Of a stretch of DNA of 64,000 bases, positions 1 to 12,993 are shown piece by piece. The position numbers and the translations under genes are program-made. The notes under the pieces are model-generated. The model searched no databases and was not told the DNA's origin. It saw nothing but the letters and a program-made list of their open reading frames with translations. Position 1 is the stretch's first letter; each line of letters begins with the position of its first letter. Origin of the DNA: Vitrella brassicaformis CCMP3155 (Eukaryota; Protista; Chromerida); contig CDMY01000331.1 in the NCBI GenBank assembly GCA_001179505.1, forward strand, positions 1-64,000. The letters are read 5' to 3'.

Positions 1-681
1 ACATCCTTGGGCTCCCGCACCCATCCAAGGACCGATTGACGCACCCATTCTAGAACCGATTGAATGAATGACAAAGCAGACGCCTTTTAGTCGTTTTGAG
101 CTATTTTGAGCTATTTTGAGCGACTCAGAGTCTGAGCGAGACAGAAAGGCGCTGGAAATGGGTGGATCACCTCTGTAGACCGTATAAGCGGGCCAGACGC
201 GTAAGTGCTGTGTCTCTCGCAAAAAGGGGAGATCGAGCTCTTCACCAACTTGCGGTCACTTTGAGCAATGAAAGGTCGGCCCATATGGCTGATTTGAGTC
301 TGTTTGTGAGGCGATGGTCTGTGTATGCGATTCGTTTTGCCTGCGTGTACAGAGAGGATGGGCTGGGCTAATTGCTTCATGGAAATGCGGTGATTGCTCC
401 AACCGACTGCTCCAACCCATTGATTGACCTGCCCCTCCGCCCACCCCCAACCCATACACCGCACATGCCGCTATGACTCGTCCGTCATGCACATTCGTTT
501 GCCCCATATATACCATTACAAAACCCCAACAGCCACCACCCACCCACTGTCTGCACACACCCGGCATCGCGACCCCGACCTGCACACACAAACACCCACA
601 GCCATGCATGCATGCATGCGTGAGTGAGCGACTGAGTGAGTGAGTGGCTTGTATGCGCCGACCTCCGTTGGTCCGTCGACA

Positions 682-3600
682 TCATCCTGCGTGTTGGTTG
701 TTGGTGCGTTTGGTGACGTATTCGATCACCTCGCTGCCGTCGTGGTGGATGCGCTTCAGGGTCCCGTTGCTGAAGACGATGCTCTTGGCGCCGCTCGGGT
801 AGTGACGCTCCAGCTGGCCTGTGGGGAACCTGTTGACAGTGGCATCAAGAGTGCACATGTCTGTCTCTGTCTGTCTGTCTGTGGGTGGTGTACTTGAAGA
901 ACTGTTCCTGTGAGGGCAGAGTGCACTGGTAAGAATCGGTGGCCTTGTAATAATACGACTGAGCCATTCAGACAGTCAGACAGACAGACAGACAGGTCAT
1001 AAGAGACACACAAACACGGCAGATGGATGGATTGATCCCTCCTCCACTTTGTGTATATGTGTGTGCATTGGGTCCGTACCACAGCGCCATCGCCTTTGAG
1101 GACCTTCCTGTCTCCGTTGGTGAAGAAGACCGACGTCGCTCCGTCAGGCCACTGCACACACAACACAACACAACACGATCAGGAGAACAAACACATTTCC
1201 CCCCTCCCCCGGCCACCCCCCAACACACCTACCATGATCTTCCTCAGCCCGTTGGCGTAGTGCACCTCTTTCCTATCATCGGCATACACCCGTTCCCATC
1301 GGTTGCCCGCCTGCTTCTCCCCCGTCGGCTGGGGCAGGACCGCCTGAGCGCGCTCCGTCCTTCGCCGCATGGCGTCGAAATCCTCCTCGAACCGGAAGCG
1401 CATCAGCTCAGCGAAGTCCTCCTGGCCCGGCTGCAGCTCGTAGCCGCCTATCACCACTGGCAATGGCAGCGACCCAGGAGCCCCACCACTCACAGAGAGA
1501 CCCCCAGATTGGTTCTTGGGCGGTGCTGTGGTGGTGGCGATGATGGTTGGAGGGACGTCCCGCTGCTGCTGCTGCTGGGGCTGGTGTGTTGGCTTCTGGT
1601 CCATGAGCTTGGAGAGGTTGAGCGGTGGGGTGGGCTTGCCCCTCTCCCTCTCCCTCTCCCTCTCCCTCTCGTGTTGCTGCTGGTGTTGCTGCTGGATGTC
1701 TGTGGTAGACGTGACGAGACGGGAGCCGTAGAGAGACGCTGACAGGGCCAGGTCCCCAGTAGTGGTGGAGGTGGGCAGGGAGGCCTTCATGTTGGGGTCA
1801 TACTGGGGCGGTCCTGGTGCGGGCGCCACTCCCTCTCTCACCAACAACCTCTGCTGCTGCTGGGGGGGTGCTGGTGGCGGTGGCTGCTGTGGTGCCTTCT
1901 TGATTCGGGTGTCGCGCTGGGGCGACATGACGGATCCCGCACAGGACCACTCGTCGATCTCGCCATAGTCCCAGAAGTCCTCCCCCTCCCCCATCTCATC
2001 TCTCGTGGGCCTCCTGCTGCCAGCTGTGCCCTCAGAGGTCTTTGGCCTCTGCTGGGGGATGGCTGGGAGGGCTGTGGTGGCTGTGGTGGTGTGCTGCTTT
2101 GCTCCTGTTGCTGTTGCTGCCTTGTGTGGGGAGATTGTCGTGGTCGTGTGGGCGGTGGAGATGTCCTTGGATGGCCACCCCCGAGACGCACGACGGTCAG
2201 CAGGGGTGGGGGCGCGGGACGAGCCGACGGTGGTCGAGCTCCCTGAGACAACAAAGAACACACAACAGAGAACATACGTATGCGCCATCCCTCCCCCCCT
2301 CTCTGATTCAGTGACCTTTGGTGAGTCTCATGCTGCTCATATTGGGCGGGGGCGTGACGGACCGCATCGCACGCCGACCGCCAAGCTGCTGCTGCTGCTG
2401 GTCGGGGGCAGAGGGGAGGCGCACGCTGGCCGCCGAGCCGCGGAGAGACCTGGTGTTGATGGGGGGCTGCTGCTGGGCTGCAATCAACACGGAAGGGGCA
2501 AGAAATGGATGCTGATGGGTTGAGGGGACTTAGGTGCTGTACCTGATCGCTCCTGCTCTAGTGTGAGTTTCTCGAGGACCTTGACCTCCTCCTTCAGATT
2601 GGCGTTCTCCTTGGCCAACGCCTCGTTCTGACACACACAGATCGACAGAGAAATGGATGGATGTGGCTGGGTGTGATGTGGTGCGATACGTGCGACTGAC
2701 TGACCTGTCTCTGCAGCCTCTGCTGGTTGATCTTGGCCGTGCGCTTCTCCCTCTCTAATTCTTCCTGCCGACAACAGAGAGGCGCACGTGTGTGTAGGGG
2801 GGACGAGTGTGGATGGATGGATACCTGCAGCTGTTTGACATGGGTCTCGAGTTTTGCGATCTGTTCAGCGGCCTTGTTGTGCGTCCCCACCGACACGCGA
2901 TGCTTCTCGCGCTCACCTACACCACACACACATGGACATGGGTGACTGCATATGGTGACATATCGGGTGGCATTGTGTGGTCCTGTATGTCCTCACCCTC
3001 TATGCGTTTCTTCTCCTTGATCAGACGTTTCCTCTCCTCGGTGAGCTCCTTGTGCAGCGCCTCACGCATCTGCTCTATCTCACGCTCACTGCGTGCTGAA
3101 GACAGACAGACAGACAGAGAGAAAGAGAGAGAGAAATTGGTCGTGCATGTGTGTGGCCGTGCGAGGTCCGCGTGTGCTCACATACCCTTCTCTCTTTCTA
3201 TATCCTTGAGGGTCTCCTCGTGCTGCTCTTTGAGCCGCATGTTCTCGGCCCTCTCGCGCGCTACCTCAGCGTTGCGACGCTCCAACCTGACACGGGTGCC
3301 ACAAAGCGTGTGAACGAATCATTGGGCGTCACGCCTGGTATCCCTCCCTCCCTCCCTCCCTGACTCACAGCGGCAGCATCTCCTGGACCTTCTCAAAGTA
3401 CTCCTTCAACCGCGGGTCGTCACTCACACTCACAACACCACTAGAAGCGCCTTTCTCACCAGCACCACCGCCACCAGCACCAGAAGCAGCCTCCCTCCCT
3501 CTCTCCTTCTCCCCCGCTGCCGTCTGCTTGAAGAACCGCTGCTGTATCAGCTCAGACACAGGCGCGCTGTCCAGGTCCATCTGTGGCGGGGCTGCCATGG

Positions 3601-5690
3601 GGTGTGTCGGCTCCGGCATGGGCCCTCTCAGCGGGGATGTGTCCCACGGCACGTCGTCGCCAAACTCGTTGCTGGCATTTGTGGTGGTAGTGGTGGTCTT
3701 GGGTGGCATGTGGAGGGAGCTGTAGGTTGCACGTGCCGCTGTCTCGGTGATGGTGGTGTCTTCTGTGGCCGATGCGGCGGCGATGCGAGATGCGAACGAC
3801 TCGGCTGCCGGTGGTGCTGCCTTGGCACCGGTGGGCTGCGCAGCAGGGACACTCTTATGCGATGATGGGGGCAGCAACTTCATGCGTGCGGGGCCTGCAG
3901 ACAGGAGGGAGGGAGGGAAGGAACAAAGACACATACAGAGACAGAGACTCGTGTGGATGATGTGTTTGTTGTGCGTATCGTACTCGAGCTGGTGAGCAAG
4001 AGTCTGCCAGTGGGTTGCCTCTTGGGCTCGGGCGGCGGGATGACCGTCCGCTTCATCCGCGCACCCTTCTTGAGGAAGGAGAACCGCCGCTGCGGCCTCA
4101 ACTCATCGCCGCCGCCCATCCCCCCACCCCCACCCCCACCGCCACCCTCTCCCCCACTCTCCTTCTCTTTCTGAGATCGTTTGGCCCACCCGGCCGCCTC
4201 GAGCGACGCTCCCGTGATCTCTAACGGCTCGTACTTGTCCGCTGCCGATGCTGCTGGGCCATGGGGAGGGGGAGGGGGAGGGGGAGGGGGAGAGCCACCG
4301 CCCTCGGCCTTGTGCAAGAAGGCCTCGACGAACCGGTCTGTGTCGGTGTTGCCACTGGTGTTGTTGGGCGCGTTGTGGACGGAGTGGGAGTGGTGAGAGT
4401 GGGAGAGCGACTCGGGCACCTCTGAGTCGACTGTCCACCTGCGGTGCAGCGCCTCACTGATGCTGCTATCGGGCTGCAGTTGCGCGTCACGCCTGTGCAC
4501 CCGGCTCCCAGGACTGTTGCTGTCGATGTCTATGCGGGAGGGGGGGAGGGGTGGGCCTGGCCCCGGTGGGGCTGGTGGGGGTTGTGTGTGTCGGGCGTCG
4601 AGGGGAGGGGTGTCTGGCCAGCCCCCGATGGACGCCACTGAGTTGGACATTGACAAAGGGTCCCTATCACCGTCCTCAAACCTGACAGGACATCGACAGA
4701 GAGGAAGCTCGCTCATTTCCTTCCTTCGCTTTCTGCCCCCTCTGTACACACATACCATTTGCGCTGTTGTGCGTGGCTCCTGAGGAAGGTGGACTTGCTG
4801 TCCAGCTCCCTCTCGCACCCTTCCCCACCCCCACCCCCAACGGGCGGGCTGTACTCACGCCCTCGTCCGCCATCCATCATGCCATCCCCCAGACCACTCC
4901 CCTCTAGCGCCTCCTCTATCTCCTCATCCACCTCAGATGCCTCCACAGGCCTGCAGGCATTGCATCCCATTGCACCGAACCACAGGAGCACGAGAGATGT
5001 GCACATGTGTGGGGGTGTTGTGTGGCCATTTTGGTTCGTTTGGTCGACCTGGCAGCAGCAGCTGCAGCGGGCCCTTTGGTGGTGACGGTGAAGTGTAAAG
5101 GGTGATGGTGATCACGGCGAGGCTCATCGACCATGACCGGCCTACTCGATGACACGACAGGTGGCCCCGCCAAGATCATACCGCTGCTGCCAACCTGACC
5201 ATCCATCCATCCACAGTAACACAGGAACCATTCCAGAGAGAACTGCAGTCCATTCCACTGCGTTGCGTGCATAGGTAGGTATGGATGTAGCATGTACCTG
5301 GCCGTGATGCATATGGGCGCCTTTGCCATCTCCCCTGACAGCACCCAGCGCCGCCTGCACCTGCTGCCGAGAATCCATTATCCCTATGCCGCCCCCTCCC
5401 TCACCCACACAGCCGCCACCACCAGCACCATCGTCAGGATCATTCTCATCGTCCATGGCCATCGCGCCGCTGCCACGCAATATCTCCGCTATCGTGTCAC
5501 GGTGCCGTGATGGCGCGGGCTGCAACTCCGGCGGCTGCAGCTGGCGCCCCGCCTGTGCAGGTTGTCTGTTGAGTACGCTGAAAGGGGATGATGCGTCCAT
5601 GGTGGGGAAGGGATGGTCATCCTCATCATAGTCAGAATCCTCCTCCGCGTCGGCGTATTTGACGTAGCGCGATGACTGCTGCGACGCCAT
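682..5690 (-). CDS. SAS4: Centriole protein SAS-4/CENPJ (CPAP)-like, multi-exon
   Basis: ATG at 5690 (MASQQSSRY...). Central coiled-coil exons and an FSFLKKG motif like the CPAP tubulin-binding FLKRG motif. C-terminal exons encode TCP10/G-box repeats (WERVYADDRKEVHYANGLRK, QWPDGATSVFFTNGDRK, YYYKATDSYQ, FPTGQLERHYPSGAKSIVFSNGTLKRIHHDG). TGA at 682-684. GT-AG introns. Internal exon boundaries not all resolved. Confidence 0.85.
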
Positions 5691-6008
5691 ATCAGCGCAC
5701 ACACAAAGGCTGGCTATCTAAAAAACCCCAGGAAAGCAGTTTCTTCAAGTGCGAGCTAAGAATGATCCGATCGCATTGCCGACAAATGCGCCCAGACACG
5801 CGATGGATGCACGGCGGTCGCCCAGCGCACACTTGATGTGATCCTTTTGCTGCGAGGGAAAAACGCATGCGATTGGGGTTTCTTGGGGGCGTCTTGGGCC
5901 GCGGCCAACACTGGGAGACCTCCAGTGCAGTCTCTTCGGCACTTTATCCTATTCGCCTTTCACCCATTCCAGCCCTTTCCTGAGCCTCCACTGGCAGTCA
6001 TCCCAATA

Positions 6009-6729
6009 ATGACATTCCTCGTCATCCCTCTTGTCTCTCTCTCCGCCGCGGCCCATGCATGCGCGGGCCCGGGCCGCCTGTCGCATCAAGTGTCGCATCA
6101 GCTGTCGCCACGCCTTGCGTCCCTCATTCACACACGTGCCGGGCCGTGCATGGTCCAATTCACCCAGGATGCCGTGATGGGGAAAAACGCAGCGGTCCAG
6201 CACACCAAGACCGAAAAGAAAGAAGGACAAGGACATACAGTTCAGTCAGTCGAGTTCAGCGGCGATGAACAGGGGTCGTACTATTACTACGCGACGAAAT
6301 ACGACAACAAATTGAGCACTTGCAAGGCGTCTGAGACTTGCGTCATCACGGAGATGAAGCTCAGGGACGGCCTCGGCGAGGGCACACGCGCAGCTTCAGC
6401 CGATGAGGCAAAGGAGTGCAAGGGCGGTGCCTACAGGTTCGGCAAGCCCGGCGGGCCCGTCGAGGGAGGCGGTCGGTTCTGCTGGTCTTCCAAAGGAAAA
6501 GGAGTGGTAATATGCTGAGATGGTGTACCCAATCTTGTTGGCGTGCGTGCGTGTGTGTCTCCATATGCATCAGAAACTCACGGCGCCCAAATCCTTTGAT
6601 GACTTCAAGTGGACCGAGGGTGAGCTGCATGCCAGCACCGCGACCCCCAAGAAATCGGGACGCAACTACTTTGTCCTGCCGGGCGCCGGGCAATGGGCCA
6701 CACACTTCGGAACAACTGCCGCGAAGTAA
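6009..6729 (+). CDS. Hypothetical secreted or organelle-targeted Cys/Gly-rich protein (2 coding exons)
   Basis: MTFLVIPLVSLSAAAHA is signal-peptide-like. An intron (gtaata...catcag) joins KGV to KLTAPKSFDDFKW in frame. Ends in AAK* whether or not the next intron is spliced. No family recognised. Confidence 0.6.
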
Positions 6730-7513
6730 GTGAATGATGCATGTATGCATGGTGGGCGGGTGGGTGGGTGGGTATTGTGTTCGTGCATGACATGATGGAT
6801 GCACTTGTCTTGTGTGTGTGTCTCCCATTCAGATGACAAAACTTGAACGAGAAGGAGTGACGAGAAGCCCCAGCTGACCCACAAGCTCGAAGGAGGGGGG
6901 AGAGAGAGAGAGAGAGAGAGAGAGGGGAAAGAAAGAGAGAGAGAGAGAGAGAGAGAGGGGTCGAGAGCGCGTCCGTATGGTGAGCGTGCATGTATGTGTG
7001 TGTGTGTATCGGTGGGAACATTCAGTCAGGGGGAATCCGACAAAACCTTTGGATGTACGCGAACGCATGCAGCGAGCAGCTGTGTCACCACGTGCACACA
7101 TTAAGAGAGAAAGAGATACGGGCGGACGGAGACAAGGATGGAATAAATGCGGGCAAGACACCCACCCGTATGGACGCACGGGTCGCACGCATGAAGACAA
7201 AACGAACAAAACGCAGACATGAGCGGCAGATTCCGCACTTCCATCCATCCAATCCCGGTCCATCCATCCACACGCAGGAGCGGGTCACGTCACGTCACGT
7301 CCCGTCACGCGTCCGTCCGTCCGTCCATCGTGTGTCGCCTCGCCTTGATACATCAAGGGCAGATTAGATTCATACATATAATATATACATACATACATAC
7401 ATTTCTATCTCAGTTGAAGTGAAACGCCACTTTACAGAATGAACACCGATCCCACCCCACACCCTTTCCCCCCACAATCTCGGTCCATCGCATAACTACG
7501 TCCGTCACAGCAG

Positions 7514-10500
7514 TCATTTGAACGGTCTGGCCACCCACTTGATGCAATCGTCCACGAAACCGGCGAACTCCACCTTGGCCTTGCAGTGCTCGCACGTGTA
7601 CTCGGGCTCGTCCAGCAGCTTCACCAGCGAGATCTGCTTGTCCTGGCTGAGGTTCTCGTTCTGTCTCCTCGCGGCCTCCTTCTCCTCGCGACGGCGGTCG
7701 TTCTCCGCCTTCACTCGGCTGAGCTCCCGCTGCCAGGCGGCCTTGCGGTCCTCATAGCAGTGGGGACACACACGCATGTGTCTGCAGGGGACGTACATGA
7801 TCGACGCAACGCCATGCTCGCCATAGCAGATGTCGCAGTCGTCATGATCCTCTCCCTCTTGCTGCTTAGCTGATGGCTGCAGCTGCTGCTGCTGCTGCTG
7901 CTGGACAGTCATCTCGGCAAGCCTGAAAAGTAATAGAGGTCATCAAATGAGACATGAGACGCCCCGCTGGTGACCCCTCCCTGCCTGTCTTCGATTGCTG
8001 GCTGACTTGCGCCGGGCGTCTTGCAGCTGACGTGTCAGCGTCTCCTCTGTCTCCTTGGCCTGCACGTCCCGCTGCCGGGCCTCACGCTGAGTCTGCTCCA
8101 GCTGCCGACATAGCTGATCCACCAAATGCTCACTCTCCGATGCGGTGGCGGCGTGTGAGCTGCTGGTGGCCAAGGGGGACGGCCGATGGCACTCAGGTGG
8201 GGGCTGGGGTGGCCCACTCATGTGACTGCGGCTCGTCGATGCGGCCGTCGATGGGCCGCTGAGTGGTCCAGTCGGGTTGGAGGGAGGGAGAGGGGGATGG
8301 GGTGGTCGGGGTGCGAAGCCCAGTGCAGCAGAGAGGGCCATGGACGGCGGCACAGCTGCCGTTGGAACTAGAGGGGGCGGACCGCTGACAGACACAGAAG
8401 ATACATACAGATGACACAACACGGCATGGTGGCAGCCAGGTCTTGGCTTGCATATCATATGCCCCTGAGTGTACTGTACATACGCGTGTACCGGTGTGGG
8501 TGTGGGCGTGGGTGTGGGTTGGTCAGTATGGGGATCATGCCCAGCCCACGGCCAGCGGGGGGCTTTCTACAGACACTAGATAGACAGAGAAGGAAGGAGG
8601 AAGATCACATCACGCACATCCATCATATAGACGCGTGAAGCAGCCAAGTACTCATGTGTACGTGTTGGCCTACTTGAACGCCTTGTATTGCCGTGTGGGT
8701 GGCGGCGGCGGCTGGTGTTGGTGGTGTTGGTGCTGATGCTCCTTGTCTTTCCTCTTGTGTTTCTTGCGCCTGCCGACGGGTAAGAACTCTCCATCGCTCT
8801 CCTGACGATCAACAGGCGAGCTGATGATGTCACACAGACAGGGGTGAGAAACAGTAGAGTGCAATGAGGCGGTTTCAGCTGTGTGCAACGAGAGTGGTTG
8901 CTTACGGTTGGGGGTCGGCAGATGAGGCGGATGGCGGCTGCTCAGATGTATCGCTGCTGACGGCACCAGTGGCCACACTGTGATTGCAATGAATGACACA
9001 CAGAAGCGGCACATGCACATCTATCTGTGTTGTGCGTGCACGTCCATGCGTACTCAGTCGACTCGCCGGCGTCCACCCCCTGGTCAGAGCGCTCCTCAGC
9101 CACAGCCTCCTCAGCCACAGCCTCCTCAGCCTTAGCCCCAGCGCTGCTATCAACACACCTGACGCGCACAAGCAAACCAACCTGTAGGCTTCTGCAAAAG
9201 CCCCTGCCTGCATCTTTGTGTGCATGAATGCACTCACGCGGCAGTGGCGAGGATCGGTGCCGTATGTTTCTTTTTGCCCCTTTTGCCCTTGGTTTCGCTC
9301 CCTTTGGCTTTGCTGTCCTTTGCCGCCTGGTCAGTCGCCACCAACTCCTCTAGAAAAGCCGTCGTCTTGTTGCTCTCCTCTCGCTCTATGCGGTTGAGGA
9401 AATCCAGAAGGCGGGCCAGCGGAGTGTCCGGCTCGTCCGCCCCCTCCCTACGTATGTGTGGTGGTGACCTGGTCATCCATAGAGAAGTAAGTGTTTTGAT
9501 GCTTGTGTCGTTCTTGTCACTACTGTCCGTCCGTCAGCCTGCTTACTGTTTGGATGTCTTGCCCTGGCTTCGGTTGAGTGCACGGAGCTTCTTGATGGTA
9601 GACAGCTGTAGTATCCGCTGAGTCATCTTGTTGTGTGGCGAGCTGGCACCCACGCGACTCTCGCCGTATCTGTATGTATCCAACCAACATGAGCGAGCCA
9701 TGCATGGGTGACATGGATTGGTGGTACAGACAGGTGTCCGTCTGCGTACTTGACTGTCATGGCCAGAATATCCTTGCACCCGTCCACCAAGGTGCCGGAT
9801 GCCGGTCAAGTACGTGCAGGGCCGGCCTCCCGACCATCCTGAGGTACCACGCAAGACAGACAATGCACTAGAAAAGGCCATCCCACTGTCCTCCATTCTT
9901 TAGGCGTTGAGTGACATGTACACGCCGTCAGCCAGGATCAGCGGCCACCCCGAGACCCCCATTTGCGCCCCACACATCGACCGGGGGCTGAGCGCAACCA
10001 CACCGAGACACTTCAAAGCTCCGCCACCTAGTGCATCCACTGGGGCAGCGGTAGGCCACACACACACAGACAGGCAGACAGAAATGAGAATGCACCCATC
10101 CNNNNNNNNNNNNNNNNNNNNNNNNNNNNNNNNNNNNNNNNNNNNNNNNNNNNNNNNNNNNNNNNNNNNNNNNNNNNNNNNNNNNNNNNNNNNNNNNNNN
10201 NNNNNNNNNNNNNNNNNNNNNNNNNNNNNNNNNNNNNNNNNNNNNNNNNNNNNNNNNNNNNNNNNNNNNNNNNNNNNNNNNNNNNNNNNNNNNNNNNNNN
10301 NNNNNNNNNNNNNNNNNNNNNNNNNNNNNNNNNNNNNNNNNNNNNNNNNNNNNNNNNNNNNNNNNNNNNNNNNNNNNNNNNNNNNNNNNNNNNNNNNNNN
10401 NGGCAAAATCGACATTGATGGCACGGATGTGTCGCCGTCCGGTCGCGGGCCGGCACCTGCGCCCACGACCGACGAACGGCTGGACTGGTTCAGGGGCGGG

Positions 10501-12785
10501 CTGAAGCGCTTTCCCGACACGATCGCTGGCAAGGGGCTGGGCACCTCTCGTGTGATTGCGCAGGGCGAGTACCTGGACCTCCTTGAGGGAACGGCAGGGC
10601 CGGGGCTCTCTGACAGCACCCGATCGCTGGCGGGAAGCGCCAGCCAGCCTGACCTGTAAGCCACAGGCCTTCCTTGATTCGATGGTGCTTGAAGAGCAGG
10701 TCGCCGGTCACCTCTGCGACCCCCATGTCAACCATCATCTGTCATGTCAGCACAGACAGGTGTACACATTCCTGACTGGCGCCAGGTAGGTCACTGATAG
10801 CGTGTCACTCACCTTTGGCTCTGTGGCTGTCAAGTGCCGTATGGCGCTAGCAAAGGCCGTGTTGACACTGGAGGTGAAGCCTGAGCTGATTTTGTACTTG
10901 TGGTCACTCTTCAACTCGCCGTGCTTCATCGTCGCTATGATCGTGTCCGCGAAGCCCGCCTCAACAACTATTCCAGTGAAACCACCATCTACACACACAA
11001 AAACATACACAGACAGAAAGAGAGAGAGAGAAATGCGTGGTCGCCAATGAGACAAGGAGTGGAATGGCCCGTCTTTCGCTAACCCACCCATGAGCGCTAG
11101 TGGAAGGAAGACCGACAAGTACGTCAGAGATTCGGCGGCTGCATCGCTCTCACACTGAACAGGCGACTCTGTCAGCCCTGTCCTGAGCGACTCTGCGATG
11201 GTCCTGATCAAGGGGCAGACAGACAGACAGACAGACAGTCCGACGCACTCATCCATCCATCCATCCATCCAGAAGTGTGTGTCTTGCCTAAGGGCTCGCG
11301 GCTCCGCTAGCAGCCGTTCACAGGGGCCGCCACGCGAGCTCATACACTGCTCCAACCAGGGGGTCGGTTCACCTACGGCTGAACGAACAAAAGCAGAGCA
11401 GACAAAGGAGAGGGAAAAGGTGTTTGTGAAAGCAGTTAACACATCGGGCACTTGTGTGTTACCGTATGGAATCTTCGCATAGCAGAACATCAGAGAGATG
11501 CAGAGCGAAGCCCGCCACCTGAGGCTGGGCGTCGCCTCATCGCTCGTGAGGATCGCCATGATGGGACCGACGCGGGAGTACACACACTCGGACATCACGG
11601 CGCAGATCTCGTCCTCCAGGCCGTCACGCATATCTGCCACACGCAGGCAGAGAAGCGATCCACCTTCCGTCTCCCCCTTCACAGACACATTCCCTTCTTA
11701 CGCTTCCTGCGTGTCTCGCTGACTGAGGCTACGATAAGCATGTGAAGCTTGGCGACATAGAGGAATAGGTCAGGCCTAATGGATGCACCATGCAGCAGCG
11801 CGTCGTATAGGCAGTTGATGAGGGCCGCCCAAGTGGCAGGCGGCGTCGAGAAGTCCGAGTAGAGGGCCTGTGCCGGGGAACACATAATTTCTTGGTCAAC
11901 TTCTCTCTCAACTTCTCTCTCTCCTACCTGGACGAACTCTTCCTTGTCCTCAATGCCGGGGGCGCCGGGGGTCCACGAGACGGGGCCCACCACACACTGC
12001 TGCACGAAGCCGTAGTGGTTGGTGAGCAGGCAGTCACGTACACCGCGACTGATGCTCTCCCTCAGCAGCCGATTGAGAATGCCGAGGACGATCTTCTCGG
12101 CGAGCCAGTCGCCACGAGCGGCACTGCTGGTGGCCAGCATGGCCACCAGACTCTCCACGACACCATCATGAGCTGCAAGGGCCACCGTGGTGAGCCACTC
12201 GTCAAGCATCGAGAATGACACCATGCTGTCCCCCAAGCGCGGCGCCTTCTTCACGCCTCCTACACGCGCCGCCAGACTGAACAGACACGACTGTGTGGTC
12301 TTGCCAAAGTCGGAGGCACCGGGGAGTGCAAGAGTCCCAAGCAGCGTCCGGAATGCTCTCGGATACGCAGCGAAAGACCTCCGTATCTCGCCCCCTGCGC
12401 CGACCGAGTTGTGATACTCGGAGAGGGCCCGGAGGCTGCTGTTCCTGAGCTGCTCACTCTCGCTCATGAGGCCCTCCATCACGGCCCTCAACGGCGGCAG
12501 GTCTTCCGAAGAGGCCGCCGTCATCTCCTGCACGTCAGCAATGAACCATCCGTAGAAAGAATGCAATTTGCGCTTGCGTCCTCTCTGCCTCTCCTCACGT
12601 ACGTGTGTGTCTGTCAGTGGCCAGCCAACGAACGGGGTGATCTCATGGCTCTCAGATCCCTGTGCCAACGGTTGGTTGATCAAAGCAGCGGTGGCCACGA
12701 CATCTACTGGCCCTCTGATCCCTGCAAGCCAACATGCACAACGAATGGAGCAAGAAATGAAGAGATGCAGCTGGGGCGCTGTCAT
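7514..12785 (-). CDS. Large multi-exon protein: ARM-like helical N-terminus, low-complexity/coiled-coil middle, C-terminal RING-HC with insertion (may be two genes; spans an N gap)
   Basis: Leu/Ala-rich helical ORFs at 10747-12785, charged exons at 8040-9700, and last exon 7514-7912 with CDIC...PCRHMRVCPHC...CEHC. Continuity across the 10102-10401 gap cannot be proven. Confidence 0.55.
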
Positions 12786-12993
12786 TCATCTGGTGTTTCG
12801 CTTGCGGCTGCGCTTACGTTCCTTTGCCTCATCAGTTCGGCTCTATTCGCCTCTTGAACGAACGATTTTTGCAGATCCACGGCTCGAAGGTTCAGTGACA
12901 GCTGTGACGCACGCAGACTACGGCAACACCCGAAAAAGCCGGAGCGATCCCATCAAAGCTGCGAGCTAAGAAGAGGTAGCTGTTCCGCTACAG

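Noticed and set aside
90-125. Short tandem TTTTGAGCTA repeat near the window start
   Set aside because: About 2.5 copies only, with no associated structure.
9907-10659. 250-aa plus-strand ORF spanning the N gap
   Set aside because: Length is inflated by Ns. Splice signals and neighbouring exons favour the minus-strand gene.
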